A DNA stretch of 64,000 nucleotides. Source: an uncultured Gammaproteobacteria bacterium. GTDB lineage: Bacteria > Patescibacteriota > Microgenomatia > Levybacterales > UBA12049. The position numbers and the translations under genes were made by a program. Location: NCBI GenBank assembly GCA_965230895.1, contig OZ246394.1, positions 1,057,887 to 1,121,886 of the forward strand. The letters are read 5' to 3'. The notes below the pieces were generated by a model. That model was not told the origin of the DNA. It saw only the letters and a program-made list of their open reading frames with translations, and made no database searches. Below, piece after piece: positions 9,190 through 18,181 of the stretch. How positions within the stretch are numbered: position 1 is the stretch's first letter; each line of letters begins with the position of its first letter.

Positions 9190-10323
9190 TTACGCGACCA
9201 ACAAATTAGTATTAGTGATTGCGTCAATTCTTTGAGATGCAGTATCTCTAAAAAGTTCAACTTCCACAGTAGAATATTGTTGTTTAAACTGCGGTCCGCG
9301 TTGTAAAGTGATACCTGCTGCTTCAAGCCCTCCAGAATGGGAATATAAAATTGGTGACTTAACAATTTCTAATAACCCTTCTTCCCCAATATGCATATAA
9401 TCTCGAGATGCTGGTTGAGGCTTAAGTGGGTAGACAGTATTACCAAATTGTAGATCTTTTGCATCGACAACACTTTGCCCAAATAAACTATATGCTTGGT
9501 GCTGAGCATCAAGCACTGTCGATACATACGATATGGAACCATTTTCGCTTAATTGTTCTGGCTCAATATCAAATACTATTTTATATCCGAACGGCTCTTC
9601 TTTATGAGGACGCACTTCTATTCTCTCTGCATCATGGTCTGTTTCACGTAATGCAGTTTGCATAAAGGTATGCATATATAGAGCTAATAGTGCATAGTAT
9701 TCTGGACCAAGCGCGTTTTGCTCAACTTGCAAATGTTCTGTCTTAATCCTTCCGTCTTGTAATGCGTCAATATTTATATTGCCAAAATTAGCATGCGGTA
9801 ATGGTACAGATCGGGGCATTCTCAAATGAGGACGATAGACATCAGGCGTTAGATGTTCTACCAGCAAAGCTTTTTCTCCTTCACTCTTCTGTTCATGAGA
9901 AACTTGTAACCCTGCTAATTTTGCGGCGGTGTAACCACATCTTGTTTGGTCAGGCAGATGAGTAGGAAATATCGTTGTAACAATATCATCTTGTTTTGCC
10001 TTTAACTCATCTTCAGATAACTCAGGTAGGTGGGTTGCGACAATTAATCCACCCCTTTCCCAATATCCGGCAGGTGTTCCAACAAACGAGACTCTCCCGC
10101 CATCAGAAAAGCGAGAGACAGTATAAACTTTAGTCTCACTTGGAGTATCTGTATAATTGCCAAAAAACTCATTTTCTAAATGTCCACGTTGTTCATTTCT
10201 TCGAACAACTGCCCGATTCTTTGCAGCATCTGATGGGCGAGTACCAAGCCCAAGCTCTGCCCGTTTAGGGTTAATATGTACCTGTGATAATCCTTCAGGC
10301 AAAAGCCTTCTACTTTCTGACAT
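9190..10323 (-). CDS. conserved hypothetical protein (family not recognised)
   Basis: The long ORF's track start (10338) is a TTG; the ATG at 10323 (MSESRR) has a GGAG 8 nt upstream. Coding appears GC-richer than neighbours by eye. Confidence 0.45.
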   Translation of the reverse strand: MSESRRLLPEGLSQVHINPKRAELGLGTRPSDAAKNRAVVRRNEQRGHLENEFFGNYTDTPSETKVYTVSRFSDGGRVSFVGTPAGYWERGGLIVATHLPELSEDELKAKQDDIVTTIFPTHLPDQTRCGYTAAKLAGLQVSHEQKSEGEKALLVEHLTPDVYRPHLRMPRSVPLPHANFGNINIDALQDGRIKTEHLQVEQNALGPEYYALLALYMHTFMQTALRETDHDAERIEVRPHKEEPFGYKIVFDIEPEQLSENGSISYVSTVLDAQHQAYSLFGQSVVDAKDLQFGNTVYPLKPQPASRDYMHIGEEGLLEIVKSPILYSHSGGLEAAGITLQRGPQFKQQYSTVEVELFRDTASQRIDAITNTNLLVA

Positions 10324-10336
10324 ATGTTTTCTCCAC

Positions 10337-10362
10337 AAAAAAACCCCTCATGTGAGGGGTGT
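10337..10362 (-). terminator. rho-independent terminator downstream of murB (perfect palindrome CCCCTCATGTGAGGGG followed by a U7 run on the minus strand)
   Basis: Plus strand reads aaaaaaaCCCCTCAtgTGAGGGGtg; on the minus strand this is a 7-bp GC-rich stem followed by TTTTTTT. Confidence 0.5.
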
Positions 10363-10462
10363 CTAAATGTAACAACATAAAGATTCCCTCAAAGGAGAGG
10401 CTTCTTTGTTGTCTTAGCAATAATTGTTGCGAATTTCATACTGTAGAGTTATTGTATCAAAA

Positions 10463-11428
10463 CTATTTTACAATCTCAACTTCAACTTCTGGCTCAAAAC
10501 CAAAAGTTTTTTTGCATGTATCTTTTATGTGCTGAATCACATTGAGAACATCTGATGATTTAGCACCTCCCAAATTTATAATAAATAATGCGTGCTTTTC
10601 TGAAACTTGAGCATTACCAACCTGATATCCTTTAAGGCCAAGTTTTTCAATGAGGCTTGCCATAGCAACCTTTCCATACCATTTTTTCTCAACATTATCT
10701 TTAAACTCTGGAAAAACTTCTAATACTTTTTTTATTTCTTCAGGATTTCTTAAGTTCTTAAATACTGAACCACAGTTTGGATATTCAAGAGGATGACGAT
10801 CCCGACGACTTTGTTTATTCTTCTCACAAATTAGTTTTGCTTCATTGAGTTCTTCTTCTTCAACACTTTTTAAAACAAATGTCGCGCTTATAACAATCAT
10901 TTGTTTTTGAGATTTAACTAGACTTCCTCTGTATACGAATTGCAATTCATCATTTGTTAACGTTCTTAACTCTGGTTTTCCACCTGAATAATCGATAACT
11001 TCTGCTCGCACTAAACTATCTTTAATTTCACCCCCATATGCTCCAACATTCCCTCGAACTGCTGCACCAACTGTACCTGGTAATCCACCAGCCCATTCAA
11101 GTCCAACAAGATAATTATCGAATGCATAATCAATAACATCCCCAAGGATAATACCTGCAAAAGCAGTGACTTCATTCCCTGCGACTCGCAAAGTACTTTC
11201 CCCAGGGTTAGCGCTTATTTGGATAACAGCTCCATCAAAGTATTCATCCGAAAAAATAAGATTTGTCCCTTGTCCGCAGATAAATAATCGCTTTATATTT
11301 TTTTCTCTAATAAAATGTAGCGCCTCTTCAATATCTTGACGGGACGTACATTCGAGGAAATATCTTGCTTTGCCTCCAATCTTATACCAGAGTACATTTG
11401 CTAAAAGAAAGTCTTCATGAATTTGCAT
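10463..11428 (-). CDS. murB: UDP-N-acetylenolpyruvoylglucosamine reductase
   Basis: FAD-binding PCMH region (YKIGGKARYF...GQGTNLI); GGLPGTVGAAVRGNVGAYGGEI; C-terminal MurB domain. Confidence 0.8.
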   Translation of the reverse strand: MQIHEDFLLANVLWYKIGGKARYFLECTSRQDIEEALHFIREKNIKRLFICGQGTNLIFSDEYFDGAVIQISANPGESTLRVAGNEVTAFAGIILGDVIDYAFDNYLVGLEWAGGLPGTVGAAVRGNVGAYGGEIKDSLVRAEVIDYSGGKPELRTLTNDELQFVYRGSLVKSQKQMIVISATFVLKSVEEEELNEAKLICEKNKQSRRDRHPLEYPNCGSVFKNLRNPEEIKKVLEVFPEFKDNVEKKWYGKVAMASLIEKLGLKGYQVGNAQVSEKHALFIINLGGAKSSDVLNVIQHIKDTCKKTFGFEPEVEVEIVK

Positions 11429-11468
11429 GCTGGAGTTATTGTAAATAAAAATTGCATAAGAAGCAATC

Positions 11469-13259
11469 TTATTCGCTACCCTCTGCTACGAGATGGTCTG
11501 GAAGTCTAAATAAGCCTTCATCAAGTCGTTTTTGATCTAAGTAGTGACTGATAAAGCCCACGGAACGGGAAAGAACGAAAAGAGCGTTAAAAAACTCTGT
11601 ATCCACTAATCGTTGCAGTTCCTGATCATCGAAATTTTCTTTTTCGGAAAGTATGTCCAAGAGAATTGCTGCAATTGCTCCATCAACATTAAGGATGAGA
11701 TTCCCCTTCTTAGCAGCTGTTATTTTCTCAACAGCAAAAGCAAAAGTAGTGAATCGTTTTCGATCAAGAGTTTTAGTAAACTTTTTAATTTCAGCAACTC
11801 TTGGATCCGGGAAATCTACTCTATACTTTTTATGTCCAATTCCGGAAATATATTTTTTTCTACTCGCAAAATCTTCAACAAATGCGGATGGCTTTTCTCC
11901 AGTGATAACTCCGTTGATCCAATTACCTGCAGCTTGATTAATTGCGCCACCAAATCTTGGACCAATCGTCAATAATCCGGCTGCCAATGAAGAAACAAGA
12001 TCTCTTCCTGCACGTGCGGTTATAATTGTATTCATAGCACCTGAAACATAAGGACCATGATCAGCAAGAAGTTTCAATATAAAATCTATAAACTCCACAA
12101 GCTCTTTTGAAGTCGTTTTCTTTCCCAAAAACATTGATGCTACAACTCCAGCATAAGAATTATTTTTTGCAAATGATAATAGATCCTCTTGGAGCAATTG
12201 TGGTTGCCCTTCTTTATCAATTGAAACTGTACTTGTGATTAGAGATTTTTGTCGTAACTTTAAGGCATGTAGTTCTTCTGTAAAATTTTGACTCGATTCT
12301 TCGGCATCAGGAATTTGCTTAATAAAATTAATAAATTCTGTATAGGAGTTTGCAGTATCTGCTCCTGCCTCTCGTAAAATAGTTCTTTTACCTAAAGCCG
12401 TTTCTTCCTGTGTTTGGGCAAGTGCCTTTGCATGACCAAATTGTGGTGGAGTTTCAAACATATCGGCGATCGACCCAGCAATATAGCAAATTATTTTTTT
12501 TGTAAGTTTCTTCTCCTTGAGTAATTTAGCAATTTCATATTCATCTGTCCCACCAAGTTCACCAAAATATACAATTGCTTTAGTTTGAGGATCATTCTCA
12601 GCTGCTAAAAATGCATCTTTAGGAGTTGTCAGAGGATAGCGCTCACCGCCAAAAGAAAGGGAGAAAGAAACTTGTTTCCCTAACTGAACAATTGTATTAA
12701 TTATTTCGTTCGTCATCCCGCCTGAAGCAGAAAGAACAGCAACGGTTCCTTGATCAAAGAGTTTTGCATCTGTAAGTTGTCGAATGTCTACGCCACCAAT
12801 TGCACCAAGCTTTAAAAAGTTTGGAATAATTAAACCAATACTTGAAGGGCCAATGATAAATTGACCATTTTTAACAAATTCATTATATAAAGTCAGTGCA
12901 TGCTGTTCAGGTACACCTTCTGCAAAGACGACACCACCAGATATTTTTGGCATTTCCTGCAAAACTTCTCGAGTCGATTGAAGCACTCTTCTCCCCGAAG
13001 AAAGATTTAAAAAGAAAGTAGTTTTTTCTTTCTTTTCTTCAGGGATATGTTTCGCTGATGGATAAACCGGAATAAGAATTTCTTTTTTACCAAAAAAATA
13101 TCGTTCGTTATTTCTTCCTGAGGCGATAATTCCAACAATACTAGGTTTTGATTTTTTTGCAAGGTAGTCAAAATCAAGTATTGCTTGGATTATAGCAGGA
13201 TAACTTCCGACCGTTATAACATTCGCTTCTTGTTTTCGTAAAGATGAGATATCAATCAT
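11469..13259 (-). CDS. aclA: ATP-citrate lyase large subunit (CoA-binding/CoA-ligase domain fused to a citryl-CoA-lyase / citrate-synthase-like domain)
   Basis: Blocks align with eukaryotic ACLY: ILDFDY...KEILIPVY; QFGHAKALAQTQEETALGKRTILREAGA (catalytic His loop); ADHGPYVSGAMNTIITARAGRDLVSSLAAGLLTIGPRFGGAI; ISGIGHKKYRVD; NLILNVDGAIAA; FVLSRSVGFISHYLDQKRLDEGLFRLP. Confidence 0.85.
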   Translation of the reverse strand: MIDISSLRKQEANVITVGSYPAIIQAILDFDYLAKKSKPSIVGIIASGRNNERYFFGKKEILIPVYPSAKHIPEEKKEKTTFFLNLSSGRRVLQSTREVLQEMPKISGGVVFAEGVPEQHALTLYNEFVKNGQFIIGPSSIGLIIPNFLKLGAIGGVDIRQLTDAKLFDQGTVAVLSASGGMTNEIINTIVQLGKQVSFSLSFGGERYPLTTPKDAFLAAENDPQTKAIVYFGELGGTDEYEIAKLLKEKKLTKKIICYIAGSIADMFETPPQFGHAKALAQTQEETALGKRTILREAGADTANSYTEFINFIKQIPDAEESSQNFTEELHALKLRQKSLITSTVSIDKEGQPQLLQEDLLSFAKNNSYAGVVASMFLGKKTTSKELVEFIDFILKLLADHGPYVSGAMNTIITARAGRDLVSSLAAGLLTIGPRFGGAINQAAGNWINGVITGEKPSAFVEDFASRKKYISGIGHKKYRVDFPDPRVAEIKKFTKTLDRKRFTTFAFAVEKITAAKKGNLILNVDGAIAAILLDILSEKENFDDQELQRLVDTEFFNALFVLSRSVGFISHYLDQKRLDEGLFRLPDHLVAEGSE

Positions 13260-14431
13260 ATTTTTTCTAATGCTAATGTTACTATTTCTTGCAAAGGTAA
13301 TTCAGGTCCTGAAACATGTCCATATAGATTCTCTTTTTCTAAAAAGCTTTTCATTTGAGCAAGTCCCTCGGTTTGATGAGGCCCACCTCTTCGAACAAAT
13401 ACTGTAATATTTTGCTTCCTCAAATCCTGTTTTTCCTCCTCTAATGCTTTAATAATTCCAGCAAATGTCAAACGGACATCAGTAAAGTTTGCGACTCCTC
13501 CTGCGATAACTAAGACTTTCTTTTTTGCTTTAGATTTCAAAAGTAATTGGAGTAAATTTTTTGTGTATAGATACACTTCTTCTGTATTTGGATTGCCACT
13601 ATACTCTCCATAATTTGCAATTTGTTTTCCATATCCAAGATTATAAACTTCATCTGCGAGAACAATACTCGCACCACCTCCTGAAAGTAACATGAAAACA
13701 GAACCATCTGCATTAAGGACATCTAATTTAAATGATGCTTGGCTTTTTGTGGCTAATGCATCAATCGCCTCTTCTTCAACAGTCTTTTCTTGACGATTAT
13801 TTTGACGGAAGTCTTCACTGGTCCATTGATCATCTACAAAAAATTCTGCAGCGCTATCAACTTCCGCTGCAATATCCAGAAAAGCTACCGAATCCTCTAA
13901 GACAACTAACGGATTAATTTCAAAAAATGTGAAATGATATTTATGAAATAAATCATAAATTGTTTTGATAACTTGTGATGGAACTCCCAAAACATTTGAG
14001 ACAATGTCTAACTCATTTGCAGAAGTAATAATAATACTCTTCATCATATCTGCATTTTCTTCGACATCTATTCCACCTTTTACAGAATAGAGAACTTCGA
14101 TACCTTCACGAGTAAGGTTAAAAGATATATACTTTTCAGCATGTTTTTCATGCTTTACAAAAGGTTCGATAATAAAGTGGGAGTATCCTTTTTTTGTTAA
14201 TTCCGCAATTGCATGGGGAATATCTTGAGGAGTTTGATTAAGGAATACAAGCCCCTGCTTCATTCTCTTTTTAACACCTTCATCAACTTTCACGACATAC
14301 GTTTTGTCTTTTGAAAATTGCGTACTATTAATAGAACTCTGACTTTCTATAGAGACTCCTTCATAAGGAATTTCCAAGTTTTTTAAAAGAAGTTCTTTCG
14401 CTCTAAATTCACTGATCTTTCTTCGTGCCAT
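13256..14431 (-). CDS. aclB: ATP-citrate lyase small subunit (ATP-grasp, succinyl-CoA-synthetase-beta-like)
   Basis: MARRKISEFRAKELL; FIIEPFVKHEKHAEKYISFNLTREG; FFEINPLVV...LDIAAEVDSAAEF; ANYGEYSGNP; IAGGVANFTDV; VFVRRGGPHQTEGL. All match ACLY N-terminal blocks; the stop overlaps the aclA start. Confidence 0.85.
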   Translation of the reverse strand: MARRKISEFRAKELLLKNLEIPYEGVSIESQSSINSTQFSKDKTYVVKVDEGVKKRMKQGLVFLNQTPQDIPHAIAELTKKGYSHFIIEPFVKHEKHAEKYISFNLTREGIEVLYSVKGGIDVEENADMMKSIIITSANELDIVSNVLGVPSQVIKTIYDLFHKYHFTFFEINPLVVLEDSVAFLDIAAEVDSAAEFFVDDQWTSEDFRQNNRQEKTVEEEAIDALATKSQASFKLDVLNADGSVFMLLSGGGASIVLADEVYNLGYGKQIANYGEYSGNPNTEEVYLYTKNLLQLLLKSKAKKKVLVIAGGVANFTDVRLTFAGIIKALEEEKQDLRKQNITVFVRRGGPHQTEGLAQMKSFLEKENLYGHVSGPELPLQEIVTLALEKI

Positions 14432-14437
14432 TGAAGT

Positions 14438-15640
14438 TTATTTTAGCACACCGAGTTCTTTTCCGACTGAAACAAAAGCAGCAATTCCCTTATCGATATC
14501 TTCTTTTGAATGTGATGCCGAAGGAATAACCCGAATACGAGCAGCACCTTTTGCAACCATTGGGAAAATAATCGGAGTCGCAAATACATCCTTCTCAAAA
14601 AGCTTAGCACTAAATTCTTTTGCAACTTCTTCATCACCAAGCATTACAGGAGTAATTGGTGTTTGTGAATTTCCTGTGTTAAAGCCAGCCTTTTGCAGTT
14701 CTGCTCGTAAATACTCAGTATTATCCCAAAGCTTTTTAACAACATCATCAGATTCTTGGAGGATCTTTACTGCCTCAAGAGCTGCAGCTGTATCTGGAAT
14801 TGTTAAGGCTATTGAGAAAAGTCTTTGCCGTGCCTTTTGATTGTAGAAATCGACAAGCAATTTTTTGCCAGCAATAAATCCACCCATAACTGAAAATGCT
14901 TTTGATAAACTTCCAACTTCAATATCAACTTCACCAACAAGACCAAAATGATCGACAACACCTCGTCCGCCTTTACCCATAACTCCTTCTCCGTGCGCGT
15001 CATCCACCATTGTAAGGGCTCCATATTTCTTTGCAAGAGTTACAATTTCGGGGAGCAGAGCAAGATCACCATCCATAGAAAAGACACCATCAGTAACTAT
15101 TAATATATATGGCTTTTCTCCATTTGTTTTGGCAATTGATTGGAGCTCTGCCGCCTGTACTAATTTTGCTTCAAGATCTGACATATCAGAATGTTTGTAA
15201 ATCATTTTATTCTTAACACCAGACAAACGAACTGCATCAATGATGGAGGCATGATTGAGCTCGTCAGAGATAACAATATCTTCTTTTCCGATAATTGTTT
15301 GGATCGCTGCTGCATTCGCTGCATACGCACTTGAAAAAACCACTGCTGCTTCTGTTCCCTTAAACTTTGCAATTGCGCTTTCTAGCTCAAGATGGAGGCT
15401 ATGTGTCCCAGCAAGCGTTCGATATCCTGTACCAAGACCATATGTATCAATTGCAGCTTTCGCAGCATTTTTTAATCGGTCATCCACGGCAAATCCTAAA
15501 TAGTGACTGGAGCAGAAATTGAGTTTTTTTCGGTCTTCAATTGTGAGGTATGCGCCTTGTCCAGAAGTAATAATGCGTGGAGATTTTGCAGATTGCTGTG
15601 CTTCTTCTAATTTCTTATAAAAATCGGATTGATTGTTCAT
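14438..15640 (-). CDS. kbl: 2-amino-3-ketobutyrate CoA ligase (glycine C-acetyltransferase), PLP-dependent
   Basis: Class II aminotransferase/alpha-oxoamine synthase fold; PLP-lysine region GSLSKAFSVMGGFIAG; adjacent to and overlapping tdh. Confidence 0.7.
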   Translation of the reverse strand: MNNQSDFYKKLEEAQQSAKSPRIITSGQGAYLTIEDRKKLNFCSSHYLGFAVDDRLKNAAKAAIDTYGLGTGYRTLAGTHSLHLELESAIAKFKGTEAAVVFSSAYAANAAAIQTIIGKEDIVISDELNHASIIDAVRLSGVKNKMIYKHSDMSDLEAKLVQAAELQSIAKTNGEKPYILIVTDGVFSMDGDLALLPEIVTLAKKYGALTMVDDAHGEGVMGKGGRGVVDHFGLVGEVDIEVGSLSKAFSVMGGFIAGKKLLVDFYNQKARQRLFSIALTIPDTAAALEAVKILQESDDVVKKLWDNTEYLRAELQKAGFNTGNSQTPITPVMLGDEEVAKEFSAKLFEKDVFATPIIFPMVAKGAARIRVIPSASHSKEDIDKGIAAFVSVGKELGVLK

Positions 15641-16656
15641 GGTTCAAGGATAACTTTACCGCACTCACCTGACTTCATAACGTCCATTGCTTTTTCAAAT
15701 TCAGAAAGCTTAAATTTGTGAGTTACGATCTTTCGCAGATCAACTTTTTTATCAACTAATAACTTGGTCGTATCTTCCCATGTATCCCAGATCATACGAC
15801 CAAAAACGGACCCAATTGTTATTTCTTTATTAATGAGATATTTGCCCCAATCAATATTAATTGATTCTTTCGGAATACCGAAGGCAATGATCTTTCCACC
15901 AATTCGGACAGCATCAAGTGCAATTTCAATACCAATTCTATTTCCACTCATTTCCAAAACAGCATCGAATGTCCCATACTCAGATTCATCAATTTGTTCG
16001 GTCACCCGATCAAATCCAACCTCCATTGCAAGCTTTCTTCGATATTCCCTACGATTTACACCGACAACTTCGGTTGCTCCATATGCTTTTGCCACCATGC
16101 CTGCACACAAACCTGTTGGCCCCAAACCCATAACAAGCACCTTTTTTCCTTTTACTTCAGCTTTGGAAACAACATTTACTGCATTTCCTAAAGGCTCTTG
16201 TACACTCATTGATTCAACTGGTATTGAAGGATCATTCTTCCATGTTGTGCGGAGAGGTATTGTCGCATATTCAGCAAATGCACCATCGCGACCAATTCCA
16301 AAAAGTTCCATATTCTCACAGATATGATAATTTTTAATTTCACATTGATAACAATTTTCGCAGAAGATATGCGTTTCTGAAGATACGAGGTCACCTACTT
16401 TTATATGCGTCTTTTCTTTTGTGTTGATCTTAACAACTTCTCCAACCATTTCATGTCCCATGATTTGCGGAGGTTTAATATGTGCTTCTGCCCAAGGGAT
16501 CCAATTATAAATACCTACATCAGTACCACAAATTGAAGCATATTTAACTTTTACGAGAACTTCTTCTTCTTTTGGTTCTGGGATGGAAACTTCAGCGATA
16601 GATACACCTGGAGCGGGCTTTTGTTTGAGGACAGCAAGCATTGTTTTATTACTCAT
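15637..16656 (-). CDS. tdh: L-threonine 3-dehydrogenase (zinc-dependent MDR family)
   Basis: GHEMVGEV zinc site, structural-zinc Cys cluster CENCYQCEIKNYHIC, GxGxxG (VMGLGPTG) NAD-binding region; its stop overlaps the kbl start. Confidence 0.75.
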   Translation of the reverse strand: MSNKTMLAVLKQKPAPGVSIAEVSIPEPKEEEVLVKVKYASICGTDVGIYNWIPWAEAHIKPPQIMGHEMVGEVVKINTKEKTHIKVGDLVSSETHIFCENCYQCEIKNYHICENMELFGIGRDGAFAEYATIPLRTTWKNDPSIPVESMSVQEPLGNAVNVVSKAEVKGKKVLVMGLGPTGLCAGMVAKAYGATEVVGVNRREYRRKLAMEVGFDRVTEQIDESEYGTFDAVLEMSGNRIGIEIALDAVRIGGKIIAFGIPKESINIDWGKYLINKEITIGSVFGRMIWDTWEDTTKLLVDKKVDLRKIVTHKFKLSEFEKAMDVMKSGECGKVILEP

Positions 16657-16694
16657 ATATTGAATTATATCACGTATATCAGAGGATGAAACTG

Positions 16695-17165
16695 TTAACT
16701 TATTGAAACTACCTTGTAAACCATTTTACCTGCAGGAGCATCAACTTCTATTTCGGAACCAACAGTTTTTCCGAGAAGTGCCTTTCCAAGAGGAGATTCG
16801 TGAGAAATTTTCTTTTCAGCAGGATCAGCTTCCCATTCCCCTACTACTGTGAATAAGACTTCTTTACCATTTGTTTTTACGAGGACTTTTGAACCCAGAT
16901 CAACTGCTTGTGAACTATGTGCTTTTGTGTCAGAGATAATTTCAACACTCTTCAATAACCCTTCAAGTTCTTCTAATCTTCCATCTATAAATGAGAGCTC
17001 TTCTCTTGCAGCTGTATATTCTGCATTTTCTGAAAGATCACCCATTTCTCGTGCTGCTGAGAGTCGTTCAACCACCTCAGGACGTCTTTTATCATTAAGG
17101 TCTTTATATTCCTGTTGAAGATCTTCAAAACCTTTTTGCGTAAGGTATATTTTCTTTGCGTTCAT
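16695..17165 (-). CDS. greA: transcription elongation factor GreA
   Basis: N-terminal coiled-coil with REMGDLSENAEYTAAREE; C-terminal FKBP-like domain; 156 aa. Confidence 0.85.
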   Translation of the reverse strand: MNAKKIYLTQKGFEDLQQEYKDLNDKRRPEVVERLSAAREMGDLSENAEYTAAREELSFIDGRLEELEGLLKSVEIISDTKAHSSQAVDLGSKVLVKTNGKEVLFTVVGEWEADPAEKKISHESPLGKALLGKTVGSEIEVDAPAGKMVYKVVSIS

Positions 17166-17212
17166 AACTTTTTTCGCTCAGTAGCCTGAGTCTGAGCCAG
17201 TATAATTAATAT

Positions 17213-18181
17213 TCAGGGGTTTGTCAATAAACCTAATTGTCGCATTTTTAGCTTTAACTGTGTAAGGGTTTCCGCCCTATAGTCCCTTGGGTGGAACGCC
17301 AATTGCGAATTTGTTACCGTTTCCCGAGTAATATGCTTTCGCATTATAAAAACTTGAAAAATTCGTGACAAAGTCTCGATAGGCAGATATGTAAGGGTTC
17401 TACCTATACTTTTTAAAAAATTTGAAGAGGCTAGAGTATTAAAAACTTTATTTTCAGATAAGGCATTAGGAAGGAATTGGGAAATCCAATTATTTTCTTT
17501 CAAAAAATTTTTATATGCATTGTTTATAGAATAAAGTGGGACTACTTGGGCAATTTCACGAGCGATATAAATATCACGTTTTTGCTCTGGCCAGGAAATC
17601 GCGGTTTCATCAATAAGCAGATTTACACATATCATATCTTTCGTTTTCCCTGAGAGACGAGACCGTCTTTTGCCTAGTAACGATAAATACATGAGAATCA
17701 AAATTCTGGTGGTAAATATTCTCCTCTGTTTCGTAATAATAAACAAATCGATATCATCATCTACTTTTACATTTTTAGCGGCTAACCCACCACTTATCCC
17801 AATAAATGTAATTGTTGGAATTGAAGAAAGGATTCGGGCTGTGGATACAGCTATCGCTGTTTTTCGCTCCACTTCAATAATATTCTCTTTTCTTGTCTTG
17901 ATGATTCCATATCTATTCTTTAAAGCAAGAAAGTTATCCTGCTCGAGAATAAAAGACTTCACATTATGTAAAGCAGCTGCAAAATCTTTTTGACTAACTC
18001 TTTTATCCGAAATCAAATACTTCCATAGCTCCTGCTTTGTCAAAGGAAATTTGAAGATATCAGCATAAATAATAGTTGTAAGAATCGCACGTTCTTCAGA
18101 GGTGAAGGTATTAGATGTAGATTTACTTCTTTTTCTTTTCTGAGATAGCATATTTCTTATAGACTTGCAAAACACCAGCAT
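17213..18181 (-). CDS. hypothetical protein with a Pol-beta-superfamily nucleotidyltransferase-like motif
   Basis: FIGISGGLAAKNVKVDDDIDLFI fits hG[GS]x10D[DE]xD. The start is uncertain: ATGs at 18181 and 18151 both overlap the 3' end of the upstream SBP gene (stop at 18123). Confidence 0.4.
   Translation of the reverse strand: MLVFCKSIRNMLSQKRKRSKSTSNTFTSEERAILTTIIYADIFKFPLTKQELWKYLISDKRVSQKDFAAALHNVKSFILEQDNFLALKNRYGIIKTRKENIIEVERKTAIAVSTARILSSIPTITFIGISGGLAAKNVKVDDDIDLFIITKQRRIFTTRILILMYLSLLGKRRSRLSGKTKDMICVNLLIDETAISWPEQKRDIYIAREIAQVVPLYSINNAYKNFLKENNWISQFLPNALSENKVFNTLASSNFLKSIGRTLTYLPIETLSRIFQVFIMRKHITRETVTNSQLAFHPRDYRAETLTQLKLKMRQLGLLTNP

Noticed and set aside
17166-17420. Possible small RNA (GGGUGGAACGCC-like segment) near 17280-17300
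   Set aside because: The region is inside the C-terminal coding part of the 17213-18181 minus-strand ORF and shows no recognisable SRP, tmRNA or 6S signature.
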